Below are positions 50,801 to 63,400 of a stretch of 64,000 bases of DNA, in pieces. Location of the stretch: NCBI GenBank assembly GCA_001179505.1, contig CDMY01000249.1, forward strand, positions 84,740 to 148,739. The letters are read 5' to 3'. Both the position numbers and the translations under genes were made by a program. Under the pieces are notes generated by a model. It saw nothing but the letters and a program-made list of their open reading frames with translations, made no database searches and was not told the DNA's origin. The number at the start of each line of letters is the position of its first letter. The first letter of the stretch is position 1. This DNA is from Vitrella brassicaformis CCMP3155 (Eukaryota; Protista; Chromerida).

Positions 50801-51859
50801 GTGCTGATGGTGATTTCTTCCTCCCTCCCTCCCTCCCTCCCTCTGTCTGTCTGTCTGTCTGTCTGTCTGTGTGCGTACAGGTTGTTCGGCCTGTGGAAAC
50901 GGACGGGCTATGCCTGGGCGCGACAAGCTTGCCTCGGTGAGAAGGAGCAGGCAACACGGAGACACACACACTCACCCACCATAAACGGGACTGCGTGTTC
51001 ACATAGACATGAGCCTCCGACTGCGCGAGTGGAGCCTCATCGCCGACGTACTCATTGACCTGAAAGAGGTGAACAAAACACCCACACGTAGAGAGAGAGA
51101 GAGAGAGGGAAAACCGAACCAGACACCACATCCGTCCGTGTGTCATGCACGGTGTCAGTATTTGGATGTGGTGCCGATGCTGCGCCGACACGGCGTGTCG
51201 ACCTACCCCATCAAGGAGTTCCTCCACAAGGTGGCCGACGACGTTGAGGCCCAGCAGGCAGACCCGTTTGTCCTCCCACATGTGCTCGAGTCCGTCAGGG
51301 CATGGAGAAGGTGAGCACACACACACACATACACACACGCGCACCTGACCACGGCATGCATGCCACTCTCGGGGTGGGTGACTGCAGGGATTCGCAGGAG
51401 AACCCTTCAAAAGTCCCCCCACCGAACCTTCGCGAATGCGGGCTATGGCTGCCAGGTACTCATGTGTCACACCCCTCGCCCGCCCACATCGGCCACTACA
51501 GGCACACCGGCACACAGCATGAATGCCCTTCTTCCTCTCTCCATGAATGTATGGATGCAGACATTCGTTTCGGCGATGAGGACAGCGCGGCCCCCGGCCA
51601 TTCATCCATCGCCGGCTACCATGGCCGAGACCGACCCCGCCTCTCGCCCGCCGGCATATCTGGCACCACCAGCACCAGTAATCCCCACCCCCACCACCCA
51701 CATGGTCAGCCCGACAGCAGCAAGTGGTCAAGCCCCGGGCTGTCGTCGAGGTCGGCGGCTGACTCGCCGCCCCTCACGCACCTCGACCACCATGCCGAAG
51801 GGGGGCTGGGGGAAGAAAGGAAGGCTGAGGGAGGGGATGAGAGCAAGCTGGGCGGGTAG
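47868..51859 (+). CDS. RMC1: Regulator of MON1-CCZ1 (RMC1/C18orf8, Mic1 domain), multi-exon
   Basis: N-terminal AIRFSPDG beta-repeat, LPKFEL, VDNLLVVH, YLMSVALEYMRSL and LLQQLLQYHVLLDS match Mic1-domain proteins as I recall them. Confidence 0.8.
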
Positions 51860-52899
51860 CGTAGCGCTGATGATTAGCTAGGTACAGGACGACCCGGACG
51901 ACAAGAAGAAGGAAGGGAGCGGGGAGACGGAGAGAGAGGCAGACTTGCCTGTGTGTACTATGCTGTGTTTGCATGGATTGATGTGCAGACAGACACACGC
52001 CCGTTTCGACTAGGGTGATAAAGACAAGATGGTGTGGTTTGATGGCAAGAAGGAAAAGACAGTCTCTGAGCATACCAACCACCAGCACAACACGAATACG
52101 ACGACACGAGACACAGACTCATCCATCAGTTGGGACAGAAAGGGCAATTGTAATCGGGGACAGAAACACAGGGGACACGTACACGAGGCTGCCCCGCTGG
52201 CACGACGCTGCGGCCGCAGTACACACAGCTCACCAGCTGTATGGCAGCCTGCGTCACTCTCTTTCGGCTCACGTCTGTGCCGCTCTTTGGCGAAGAGAGG
52301 CCGTGGCGATCTTCTCGGCGCCTCTGATCGAATTGACACGATGGGTATGCACAACAGGTGAAAAGCAAGATGAGAGCGAGCGCAAAACTCGCGTTCCCGC
52401 AAGGCCGCATCTCACTTGCACGGATTGGCTGGGTTGTTGTCTGGGTTACTTGTACGCAGAAGTAAATTTCACGTATCGATGTGTCCATGTACGTATACAT
52501 CAAACATCCCGAGAGGTTCTGCAGGGACGTTATGGAGGGTATGCAAATCAGTGAATGTTCGCGACGCTACCTACCGCGCTCCCCTCCAGAAAGCTAGTGG
52601 TGTGCACTGGGACAAACTAAAGCAGCGACAGAAATGCGAGCGCACAGGCACCCCCCACTAAAAACACAAAACGAACGGTACGCAGTGTGTGAAGGTATGT
52701 ATGTATTGGACATCGGTGGGCAAAACTGTACACGCACCACCAGCCAGGTACCAACAGCTCCCTTGAGCACAAAACTGTCTCTGCGCAATTCATCATCATA
52801 TCGTCCATCTTTCACACAACTATGTACAGCAGCAGGGCACACAACGCATCACAGACTACACACACCTTCACGATGTAGAATCAGATCAGAGCAGATCAA

Positions 52900-54569
52900 T
52901 CAGATGAGCCTCGCCCGGACAATTTCTTTGGGCGTCTGCCATACCCAGTCCTCCACCCGCGTCTCGGCCAGCCGCCTCGCGGCGGCTTCTCGTCGCCTGA
53001 CCACCAGCCAGAAGGCGGCGAAGCACACACTGGCCACGAACATGCAGGCGCTTGCCGCACCGAACGTCGGTCGATAGCTGCCCATCGCGTCGGCCAGAAA
53101 ACCCATCAGAGGGGGCCCAATCAGCGTCGCCGTGCCGTAGCTGCTCTGAAGCACCCCAAGAGTGATGGGAAACAGCTGCGCGCCGTATCTGTCCGCCAGG
53201 ATGTTGGGACACATGGCCATGAGAGAACCGCTGACGACTCCAAACAGCACCGAGAACAGCATCAGGTGTGTGAGGGACGAGGCGATCGACAGCAAAGCGA
53301 TGGCCACGGCCATCACCAATGAGCAGACGACCAGCAGCGGAGTGCGGCCCATCAGGCGGTCGGCAACGAGACCCAACAGAGGGCGAGCAATGGTCCCAGC
53401 CGCACCATAGGCCGTCACAGTCCAAGCAGAGGATGACGCCGAGAGGCTGAGCGTCATCTGTCCGAATGAGGGCCAGTATAAGAGAGTCGGGAAGAAGGCC
53501 AGGGAGCCGAAAAACACTCCCATGTAGAGGATCGCGAATGGTGCGTCACAACACTCCGGAAGACAGGAAAGCAAAGTCCTCTGTCGTGCCAGCCGCTGGC
53601 TCTCGATATCGTCCCCGCTGGTCCAGATGATGGCGTCGTCAGAGAGGGCCCGGTATAGCTCCTCTCCCTCGACGCCGTCGCGGGTGGATGACGACGTGTT
53701 GTCGTCGATGTCACTCTCGTGGTCCTTGTCAGAGGGAAGCCGCAGGAAGAGTGAAGCCAGCAGGAGCATTGAACCGCATGCGAGGGCCTGTGCTGTGAAT
53801 GTGATCCGCCAGCCGCCCGTCTGTAGCAGCCAGTCGAGCACGGGGGCGAGGACGAGGGCTCCGATGTTGTTGCCAGATGACACAATGCCTGCATATGTAG
53901 AGATGCATGTGTGTCGGGTGGTGCATTTGTGTTGCGTCCTCACCGAATGCTGTCGCCCTGTGTCTGTGGTAGTAATGGGAAATGATAGAGGTGGCAGGGC
54001 TGAGAGAACAACAACAGCAGATAACATCCAATACGTACACCGATCTCCGTGGGGCAGACCCACGATGTGCTGCTTACATGTAGACCATGCCTAGCCCAAA
54101 GCCTGTCATCAACCCATACGTGAGGCACAGCTGCAGCAGTCCTCTGGCGTAAGAGGCAAGGAACAGGCCAGAGGCCGCGATTATGCTGCCAACCACGGCC
54201 GTCCTGACGCAGACAGCGACACACACAAACAGCAATCTGGCGATGTGAGCAGCTCAAGGCGCCCTGCTTGCTACTGCGTACCTTCTGAAGCCCCAGTATC
54301 TGTGGACGAGTGCTCCATGCAGGACGGAGAAGATGAGAAACGACGAATCCCTCACTGCAAAGATTATCGAAGTCGCTCCCTTGTTCCCATCGAATTCGTC
54401 AAGCAAGTAAGGCAGGAAAACTCCCAAAGTGCTGCAAACACACAAACAATCAGATTGTCTGTGCCGTCAGAGTGACTGTGCCTTGGGTTGCTCACCTGAG
54501 TGTCCCGATAGCCCAGAAGCCCACCACCCAACTCGCCAAGACAACCCACCAGTGACGCCAAGAGTCCAT
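52900..54569 (-). CDS. MFS transporter, monocarboxylate porter (SLC16-like)
   Basis: WWVVLASWVVGF, LGVFLPYL, YGLMTGFGLG, PATSIISHYYHRHRATAFGIVSSG, RPLLGLVADRLMGR; about 12 TM segments. Confidence 0.88.
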
Positions 54570-55150
54570 CTCAACCAACACCCGAACGAATTACTTGTGA
54601 CTGAAAAGAGGGCCGCTCTGCTCTGCGCTTCCTTCGTACACAACAGGGGCGGCAGGCGGTGCTTGGCGGACTACAGACGAGGGCAAAAAGGCACCACGCG
54701 CCTGCACGAGGTGAGGGCAATCGAATCTACAGTATCAACAGGTCCTCAGGCTGAGCGCGACGCAGCGTACGTACAGACAATCTGGCGCTTCACCATCTGC
54801 AGGCACAGCACAGCACAGCTGCTGCGAAGGAACCCCGCCGCGAGAAGGACCGAGAGAAGAGAGAGAAGGCTAACGACGCATGACGTTTCTAATAGGCGGC
54901 TAGAGAGGAGATCAGAGTCAAGAAGGAGAACAGACAACGCATGAAACTTGCGAAAACGGACCATTTGCGCCATTTTGCAACGGGGCGATCCGCCTGCGAG
55001 CTTAGCAACGCTTGTGAGGAAGGCCCTAGCGTCGGAAGGCCGCAAGATGACGAGAGGCGAGGGAGCCGTGCAGTTATGAAAGGTCCCGACGGTGTGAGGC
55101 ATTTGCAAACACGGATCTGTCACATGGATTCATCTCAGCGGTTTGTCCGG

Positions 55151-56630
55151 ATGAGTTCATCCCGGCTCCCCTTGCTGCTGTCATCCCTGCTCTCCCTCCT
55201 CTTCTGCCACCCCATCCACGCCTTCCTGGTGCACAGCACGATGCCCTTCAGGCGGCGGCCACCGTTGGCTCACTCATCAGCGTCGTCGAGCGCTCTCAGC
55301 GCACCTGCTTCCGGCACGCGGATGACGCTGACCGAGTGGCCTGAAGGGTGGGGGGAGAGCGAGGAGATGCTTGCCATTCCATTTGCTGTCGATGACTCGG
55401 ACAGGGACGCCAGTCCATTTGGTAAGTCAAGCTGGTGGCAGCACCGAAGGGATGGATGGGTGGATGTTTATTATGCAGTTGGGCAAGAGACGGTGTACAC
55501 CTTGTGGACCAGCGAGGTGCGCAACGGACCGATCACCGCATCCACTCGTGTACAATGATTGTCTGTCTATGTCCATGGCGGTCAGGGCGAGGAGTATCTG
55601 AAAAAGATAGCACGCATGCCAGAGGGCTTGCTGGGTGTTCTCGTCACCAAGCCAACAGGGGAGGTACTAAAACTGGCGTTCCTCGCCAAGGTCAGCACAT
55701 GCGACAACCATACCCGCGCACACACACTTCTCTCATCCAGTGCCACATCTTTCTGTCCAGATCATCGGCACGCACACCACTGAGGATCACGTTGACGTCA
55801 AGGCGCTGATAGTGGGGCGTGTGGAGCTGGTGACTCTGCAGCAGAGTGCCATGGGCATGGCCATGGTCGTCAAGCCGATGGCAGACGAGCCGCCCGAAGC
55901 CGCGGCGTTGGAGCGGTCGCGGCTTATCGTGGAAGACCTGTTTGGGTGAGTACGGCATTGAGAGGGATTCATCGGCAGGATGGCGGAAATTGGGACACGT
56001 GTGTGTGAGACGTGTGTGAGTGCAGGTTGGAGGAGAGGGTGAGGGAGGCCGAGGTGAAGCTGCTGGAGACCATCGGAGATAAACAGAGGCTTGAAAGGTC
56101 AATGACAAAGAGAGACCCCTGTGTTGCAGACGACAGACTTTGGCCACGGTCTGTGTGTGTGTTTGTGTCTTGTTGCAGGTTGCAGAAGATGCCCTTGTTG
56201 CCGGATCGGGTCCGAGATCGGCTCGATGTCTTCGGCATCGCCGGCCCTGAAGACCCCAAATACATCACGGTACCGTGCGGCGTGAATAGCGCACACTGGT
56301 TTGCATCCCGTTTGCGGTTTCTCTGTTGCATGTGTTTGCAGTTGGTGAGTTTCCTCGCGATGGACCACCATCTGAATGCCTTTGAGAAGAACACGGCGCA
56401 GCTACAAACCAACACCGACACACGGCTCAGGTACTCACCCACACCACCCTCGCTGACGTGATAGCCCTCATGTGTCCATGTGTGTGTGTGTGTATGTCAG
56501 GTATGCGCAGCAGAAGTACAAGATGCGTCTGGAGGAGCTGGGCGAGGCTGAGAGGGTTGAGGGGCAGCTCAAGCTGGTCGAGGGAGGGGGCAGCGACGAG
56601 GAGAAGGAGGCTCTCAGCAGACTTATATGA
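55151..56630 (+). CDS. Probable plastid-targeted protein, possibly LON substrate-binding-like domain
   Basis: Signal peptide LPLLLSSLLSLLFCHPIHA-FLV then an S/R/A-rich transit-like stretch; GT-AG exons stay in frame to SRLI*. The domain call is by weak resemblance only. Confidence 0.6.
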
Positions 56631-56918
56631 CATGTAGAAGCATACATACAGCTATGAGGGAATGGGAGGGAGATGTATTGGCCTTTTCGGTAAGTCGGTT
56701 GATGTGGCGTGATGTGACGCGAGTGCAAGTGACTGAGTGAGTAGTCAAGTCGCATGGTATTGCACTGTGAGAGACGTCTACGCATCCTCAAACCCACCAG
56801 CCACCCAAATACGAAGGCACGTCACACTCACTATTCCTTGGTGCACGTCATGCCATGTGACAGGTGCTATCTCTCTGGCAACAACACGCTCGCACACACG
56901 CTAGATTGAAGGCCCCAC

Positions 56919-57218
56919 NNNNNNNNNNNNNNNNNNNNNNNNNNNNNNNNNNNNNNNNNNNNNNNNNNNNNNNNNNNNNNNNNNNNNNNNNNNNNNNNNN
57001 NNNNNNNNNNNNNNNNNNNNNNNNNNNNNNNNNNNNNNNNNNNNNNNNNNNNNNNNNNNNNNNNNNNNNNNNNNNNNNNNNNNNNNNNNNNNNNNNNNNN
57101 NNNNNNNNNNNNNNNNNNNNNNNNNNNNNNNNNNNNNNNNNNNNNNNNNNNNNNNNNNNNNNNNNNNNNNNNNNNNNNNNNNNNNNNNNNNNNNNNNNNN
57201 NNNNNNNNNNNNNNNNNN
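56919..57218. other. Assembly gap (300 N)
   Basis: N run. Confidence 1.
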
Positions 57219-57922
57219 GAGATCGGCTCGATGTCTTCGGCATCGCCGGCCCTGAAGACCCCAAATACATCACGGTACCGTGCGGCGTGAATAGCGCACA
57301 CTGGTTTGCATCCCGTTTGCGGTTTCTCTGTTGCATGTGTTTGCAGTTGGTGAGTTTCCTCGCGATGGACCACCATCTGAATGCCTTTGAGAAGAACACG
57401 GCGCAGCTACAAACCAACACCGACACACGGCTCAGGTACTCACCCACACCACCCTCGCTGACGTGATAGCCCTCATGTGTCCATGTGTGTGTGTGTGTAT
57501 GTCAGGTATGCGCAGCAGAAGTACAAGATGCGTCTGGAGGAGCTGGGCGAGGCTGAGAGGGTTGAGGGGCAGCTCAAGCTGGTCGAGGGAGGGGGCAGCG
57601 ACGAGGAGAAGGAGGCTCTCAGCAGACTTATATGACATGTAGAAGCATACATACAGCTATGAGGGAATGGGAGGGAGATGTATTGGCCTTTTCGGTAAGT
57701 CGGTTGATGTGGCGTGATGTGACGCGAGTGCAAGTGACTGAGTGAGTAGTCAAGTCGCATGGTATTGCACTGTGAGAGACGTCTACGCATCCTCAAACCC
57801 ACCAGCCACCCAAATACGAAGGCACGTCACACTCACTATTCCTTGGTGCACGTCATGCCATGTGACAGGTGCTATCTCTCTGGCAACAACACGCTCGCAC
57901 ACACGCTAGATTGAAGGCCCCA
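57219..57922 (+). repeat. Apparently identical copy of 56214-56918 across the gap
   Basis: I saw no differences over ~700 bp, including introns and 3'UTR. Confidence 0.9.
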
Positions 57923-58395
57923 CTTCACACACACACCGACTATCGCCCCCGGCACACGTATATCAGCGACGATTCAGCGTGACAGTGTGAGTGCCCGGCC
58001 AAGCCCTCGCCATGAAGAAATCAGGGGATTAGTGCTGTCAGCCCACTCCCCCTTCCTTGATACACCTGTAAAGGTGAGTTCTTCCATTTTTTGCTGTTTG
58101 TGTTCGTCTGCTGTTTGTGATTTTTTGCTGTGGGCGGCGGCACTGGGCGCTCAATCAGGCAGCCAGGCAGACGGTGTCTCCAGATGTCTGTCTCTCTGTC
58201 TGTCTGATGTGATGTCTGTGTGTATGCGATCAAGACGAGATGAGACATTGTTTGTGTGTCAAGGAATTCGCCCGCGTCTGTGTTGGCTGCGTTGGAGCTC
58301 AGTTGACCGATGAGCACCCGCTGTGCACTCAGGAAGCCGGCCAACCAAACACCCACCCACCCACCCACCCACCACGAGAGTGCCAGTCTGACGTT

Positions 58396-58695
58396 NNNNN
58401 NNNNNNNNNNNNNNNNNNNNNNNNNNNNNNNNNNNNNNNNNNNNNNNNNNNNNNNNNNNNNNNNNNNNNNNNNNNNNNNNNNNNNNNNNNNNNNNNNNNN
58501 NNNNNNNNNNNNNNNNNNNNNNNNNNNNNNNNNNNNNNNNNNNNNNNNNNNNNNNNNNNNNNNNNNNNNNNNNNNNNNNNNNNNNNNNNNNNNNNNNNNN
58601 NNNNNNNNNNNNNNNNNNNNNNNNNNNNNNNNNNNNNNNNNNNNNNNNNNNNNNNNNNNNNNNNNNNNNNNNNNNNNNNNNNNNNNNNNNNNNNN
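58396..58695. other. Assembly gap (300 N) followed by poly-C
   Basis: N run. Confidence 1.
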
Positions 58696-58784
58696 CCCCC
58701 CCCCCCCCCCCCCCCCCCAACACACACACAGACTGGACAGACACAAGGCCTCACACACTTCACACACACACCAGACCAGAAAAC

Positions 58785-59730
58785 CTATCGCTTGTACTTC
58801 TGCATGATCTTTCTGATCTCCGGCTTCCCCTCTGCCCTGTCCCAGGGCGTTTCCCCCTGTTGTCATGAGATGAGATGAGCACACCACTCGACTCATCGAT
58901 GGTGGGAACGTCTGGGTGTACTCACCTTGTTGTTCTTGATGTCGAGCAGAGCACCGCCGCCCCACTCGAGCCTTTCAGAATGACATACACAGAGAGAAAG
59001 TGGATGAGTCATTCGCGTCAGTCAGTCATATGTGTCGCTCACAGCTGAGACACAGCAGCAGAGTGGCCCCAGAATGCAGCCCTATGGAGTGCCGTCGAAC
59101 CGTCCTGTGTGTGTCATGCACACAAAGGAAAGGCAATCAATCAGACGCGGGGCACTCTGTGCGCTAGGGTGTGTCTCTTACCTTATCGGTCTGTGTGACA
59201 AGGTCCTTTCGGTTGGCATACAGTGCCTTCAGCACGTCGACATGGCCGCAGTTGGCAGCCCCCGTGAACGGCGTACGGAGAATCTGCAATCACCACACAT
59301 ACAACACAATCGACACACTGAGGCGCCAGACATTTGTGTGCTCTGTTACATCGTTGCGTGCGTCGACCAGTTTGGGATCCAACTTATCGACCACCGCAAC
59401 ACGGCCCATGTAGGCAGCCCAGTGCAGACTGGATCGCATCACGCCCAACACACATCTCCTCACCACCAGGAGCAGACAAGATGGTCTGTCTGTGTTGGCA
59501 CCTTGTCTGTTTGCTGCAGTACGTCAGGTTTGCTCTCATACATAACAGACATGATACCCACGTGACCCTTCAGTGCAGCCCGATGGAAGGGTGTGTACTT
59601 AAAAGAGAGCAGACAGACCACTGTGTGCGTTCCTGTCGTCTTCACAATTGAATACCTTGAAGGATGAGTCTTCTCGTTTGTCGAGTATGTCCTTTCCCTC
59701 CTTGTTGATGAGCAAACCAACAACCCCGTT
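58785..59730 (-). CDS. Ankyrin-repeat module, 5' rearranged
   Basis: EGKDILDKREDSSFK, YTPFHRAALKGHVGIM, LEWGGGALLDIKNNK, GETPWD...KYKR*. Confidence 0.7.
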
Positions 59731-59859
59731 TGCTGTGCATGTCTCATGGCAGTGCGTTGCCTGGTCGCCGCCCCCCTTCTCGCCAGCACGTCTCATCTGG
59801 CAGGGCGGCCTGAGGCTCTGACGTGCCACTGGCGTGCATGCGCCGATCGCCCTCATGCC

Positions 59860-60261
59860 CTGTGTCAAGGAGAAGAAGAAGACAGAGGGGCCGCCTGGCG
59901 ACAAGAAGGCATCCCAAACAGCAGGAGGTAAGACCATCGAAGACTAAGGGCCAGATATGCATGAATCGGGTGGGTTTGTCTGTGTGTGTGTGGTTGTCAG
60001 GCGGTATTGCGTATCCAGCGTGAGTTGCAGGCGGCTGCGTTGGAGAATCGGCCGCTCTAGAGCTGCCTCGACAAGGAGAGGGCCAGACAGACTGTCAACC
60101 AACAGGTGTGTGTGTGTCAACGACAAGGGCTGCTAATCGGCGTGAGTGTGTGTCTCCTTCTGTCACTGATGCAGACATTCGGCGCTCTGCAAGAGGAGAA
60201 TCGCAGCCTCCGTGAGCAGCTGACCAGCCAGCAAAGCAGTCCGAATGGAGAAAGAAACTGA
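59860..60261 (+). pseudogene. Spliced coiled-coil gene fragment with an in-frame TAG
   Basis: Exons AVLRIQRELQAAALENRPL*SCLDKERARQTVNQQ and TFGALQEENRSLREQLTSQQ, bounded by AG/GT. Confidence 0.45.
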
Positions 60262-60499
60262 GGGCTGCATGCTCACGTGTTATGGACATTTCCAATCAAG
60301 TCATGAAGCACACAAAACCTCACAGCCCCAGGGCCTCGCAATGGTCCAGATGAAGACACAAGAAAGAAACTGAGGGCTGCAATTCGTATTCGCCGTGTCA
60401 TTTACGACGACACATGATCAATCGGGTCTCACTGTCAGATCACACACTCACAACGCCTCCTACCTTCTTATTCGATGCACACCCGAGCGACTGACAGAC

Positions 60500-63400
60500 T
60501 CTGACTCACATGATCACACAGCAAGGCCCACAAGCAGGATTGTACTTCTCCATGATCTCTCTGATGTCCGGCTTGTTCTCCACCAAATCCCACGGCGTCT
60601 CCCCCTATTGTGTTGGGATGAGATGAGCACACCACTCAGCCCATCGATGGTGTGAATCTCTGTGTGCACTCACCTTATTGTTTTTGATGTCCAGCAGCGC
60701 ACCGCCGCCCCATTCGAGCCTTTAGACACAGAGAGAGAGAGAGTGTGGATGAGATGTTCGCGTCAGTCAGTCATCTGTGTCGCTCACAGCTGAGACACAG
60801 CAGCAGAGTGGCCATAGAATGCAGCCCCATGGAGTGCCGTCCAGCGGAACTGTGTGTGTCATGCACACAAAGAGAAGGCAATCAATCAGTGAGAGAAGAC
60901 TGTATTGTCTCACGTTGTTCTTCTGTGTCAGCAGATTTTCCCCTCCTTTGGCGTACACTGCCTTCATCACATCGACATAACCATGCTGGGCAGCATGCAT
61001 GAATGGCGTCATGCCATACTGCAATCACCACACATACAACACAATTGACACACTGAGGCGGCAGAGACATGTGTGCTCTGTTACCTTGGTGCGTGCATCG
61101 ATCAGTTTGGAATCCCACTCCATCAACTTATTGACGACCGCAAAATGGCCAAACTCGGCAGCCCAGTGAAGAGCATTCGAACCATCCTGCATTCCATCAC
61201 AGCCAACACACGTCTCCTTATCACCATGAGCCCACCAGATGGTTTGTCTGTGTCAATACCTCGTCTGTTTGCTGCAGTACGTCAGGTTTGCTCTCATACA
61301 TAACCAACATGATACCCACGTGACCCTTCAGTGCAGCCCGATGGAAGGGTGTGTACTGCAGGAATGAGAAGACACAGACAGAGACCACTGAGGGCATTCC
61401 TGTCGTCTTCACAATTGAATACCTTGAAGGATGAGTCGTCTCGTTTGTCAAGTATGTCCTTTCCCTCCTTTTCGATGAGCATCTTCGCCGACTGCTCATT
61501 GCCATCCTTGACGGCATCGAAGATGTCAGTCTGCCACACAACCAGCACAATGACAGCGGCCCATTGACGTGTGGGATTCAGTTGCTATCTACCTTACGTA
61601 TTTGATCTGCGGCTGTGGGGAGCTCGGCGGTGTCTTTATTGACGGCTCCTGGGCGGGTGACACTAAACGACACCGACAGAGCATCGGATGGTGTGTCTCT
61701 ATCTGTGTGTGTGTGTGTGTGTGCGTGCGTGTTCATGTGTCTCCGTTACCTATTTCATACGGAATCTTGAGCAGATCGAGAATCTGACCTCATTGCACAC
61801 AAAGAGAATTCGCAGGTCGAACTGCAGAAAAGAGGTGAAAATCGTTTACCTCCAAAGCCGACGGACGCTTCTTGAGATTGTATTCGAAGCATTTCTGAGA
61901 CCACACATAAAAAAACTCACAAAGATGCAGTCCAGAAGGGAAATTCTCACCTCAATGACCGCTTTCGCATGCGGGGCAAAGGGAAAATCAGGAACAAACG
62001 GCTTCTGAACAGAGACTTTTATGTGAATTCTGATAGTGTGTGTGAGATTCTGATAGTTTCACCGACCTTCTTCTGCCTTTCGACCAAGTCATGTATCTGG
62101 AACTTCGAATACTCTTGGAAAGGCATAGGACCGCCTAGAATCTCCGAAATTATCCCTCCTGTATGTGTCCATAGCGTCATGACAAAGAAGGTGCATGGTC
62201 GCGACAGAAGGCAGCTTACCGAGGGACCAGATGTCCGACTCATATGAAATATCGCCTGCCTCTGTCCGCTGTCGAAATGCCTCCGGCGCCGTATAATACT
62301 CCGTCCCCAGACTCTCTGGGAAAGCGAATAGCGAATCTTCGTCTTGAGCTTCAAGAACAGGAGAAAGAGAGACAAATGTCTTCCGCTTACCTTGTTGACG
62401 CGCCCGACCAAAATCAGTCACCTGATAAGCCATCATCGAAGAAGGCAGCACTGCGTAACTTCTCTTCATTTACCTTGGCATCATGCATTTCAGACAACAG
62501 AACATTCTCGGGCTTGAGATCGCGATGAATCTGAAAGAAGGGAATAAAATGGAGGTGTAGGCAGGAAAAGTATATACTAGACATACTATTCCCTTGACGG
62601 TGTGCAAGTAATTAACGGCCTTGCATATCTGGACAACATACAGCGATGCAGCGATGTATGAAAACGTATGAAGCCTTTCTCTTTTCTGACGTGTCTGATA
62701 AGCTGGTTGCGTTGGCTTTCGGGCAGTGGCATCTCTGGCGTCGGCTGCATCTTTTCAAGGAAGGTCCTCAATGAACCACCGCTGCACAGCTCCATGACGA
62801 TCATGACGCCATACTTCTTTGCCGCGTCGCCCTTGGCCAAACACACGCCATAGACCTTGGCGAGATTCGAGTGATCCGCCCCGACCATGGCAGAGACCTC
62901 CTTCATCACCTCATCATAGAGCTCCTGCAGGCAGCACAGAAGGCGGTAATGAAGGCAGCGCTCGCAACGTTGTCTGGCGATCATCTTGTGGTCTTCTTAC
63001 GTATAGTTTGTTTTTGTAATGCATAAGAATCTGGGGGGATGGGTACTTGATTGCCACAGGGTGGCCGTTGTACTCTCCTGCTCGCACAATACCCGATGAG
63101 CCTGCACCTGCACATGTGCATACAAGAACAGACTCACAAACGGCCATGGAATCAATGATGTGTCCTTTCTCACCGAGAGCGTCCTCTTTCTCTTTCAAAT
63201 TCAGTTTCTCGAAGTCAATTCTACGGAACTCTGCAGTAGATTCCGCCATGGATGGATGTGTAGCTGGCGGCGCAGGCGAAGCTCGTTGGTGGAGGAGGAA
63301 AGGGGAGGGAAGGGAGGGGTTTTCCCTAGGGTCCTCGGCAGCCTTGAAGATGTCAGACTGCACACGACCAGCAAAAGAATGGCGGCCCACTGACTTGTTG

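Noticed and set aside
56214-57922. Real tandem duplication of the gene's 3' half
   Set aside because: Apparently identical copies abut a fixed-size 300-N gap, typical of an unmerged contig overlap.
58696-58718. Poly-C tract
   Set aside because: Directly at a gap edge; probably a sequencing artefact.
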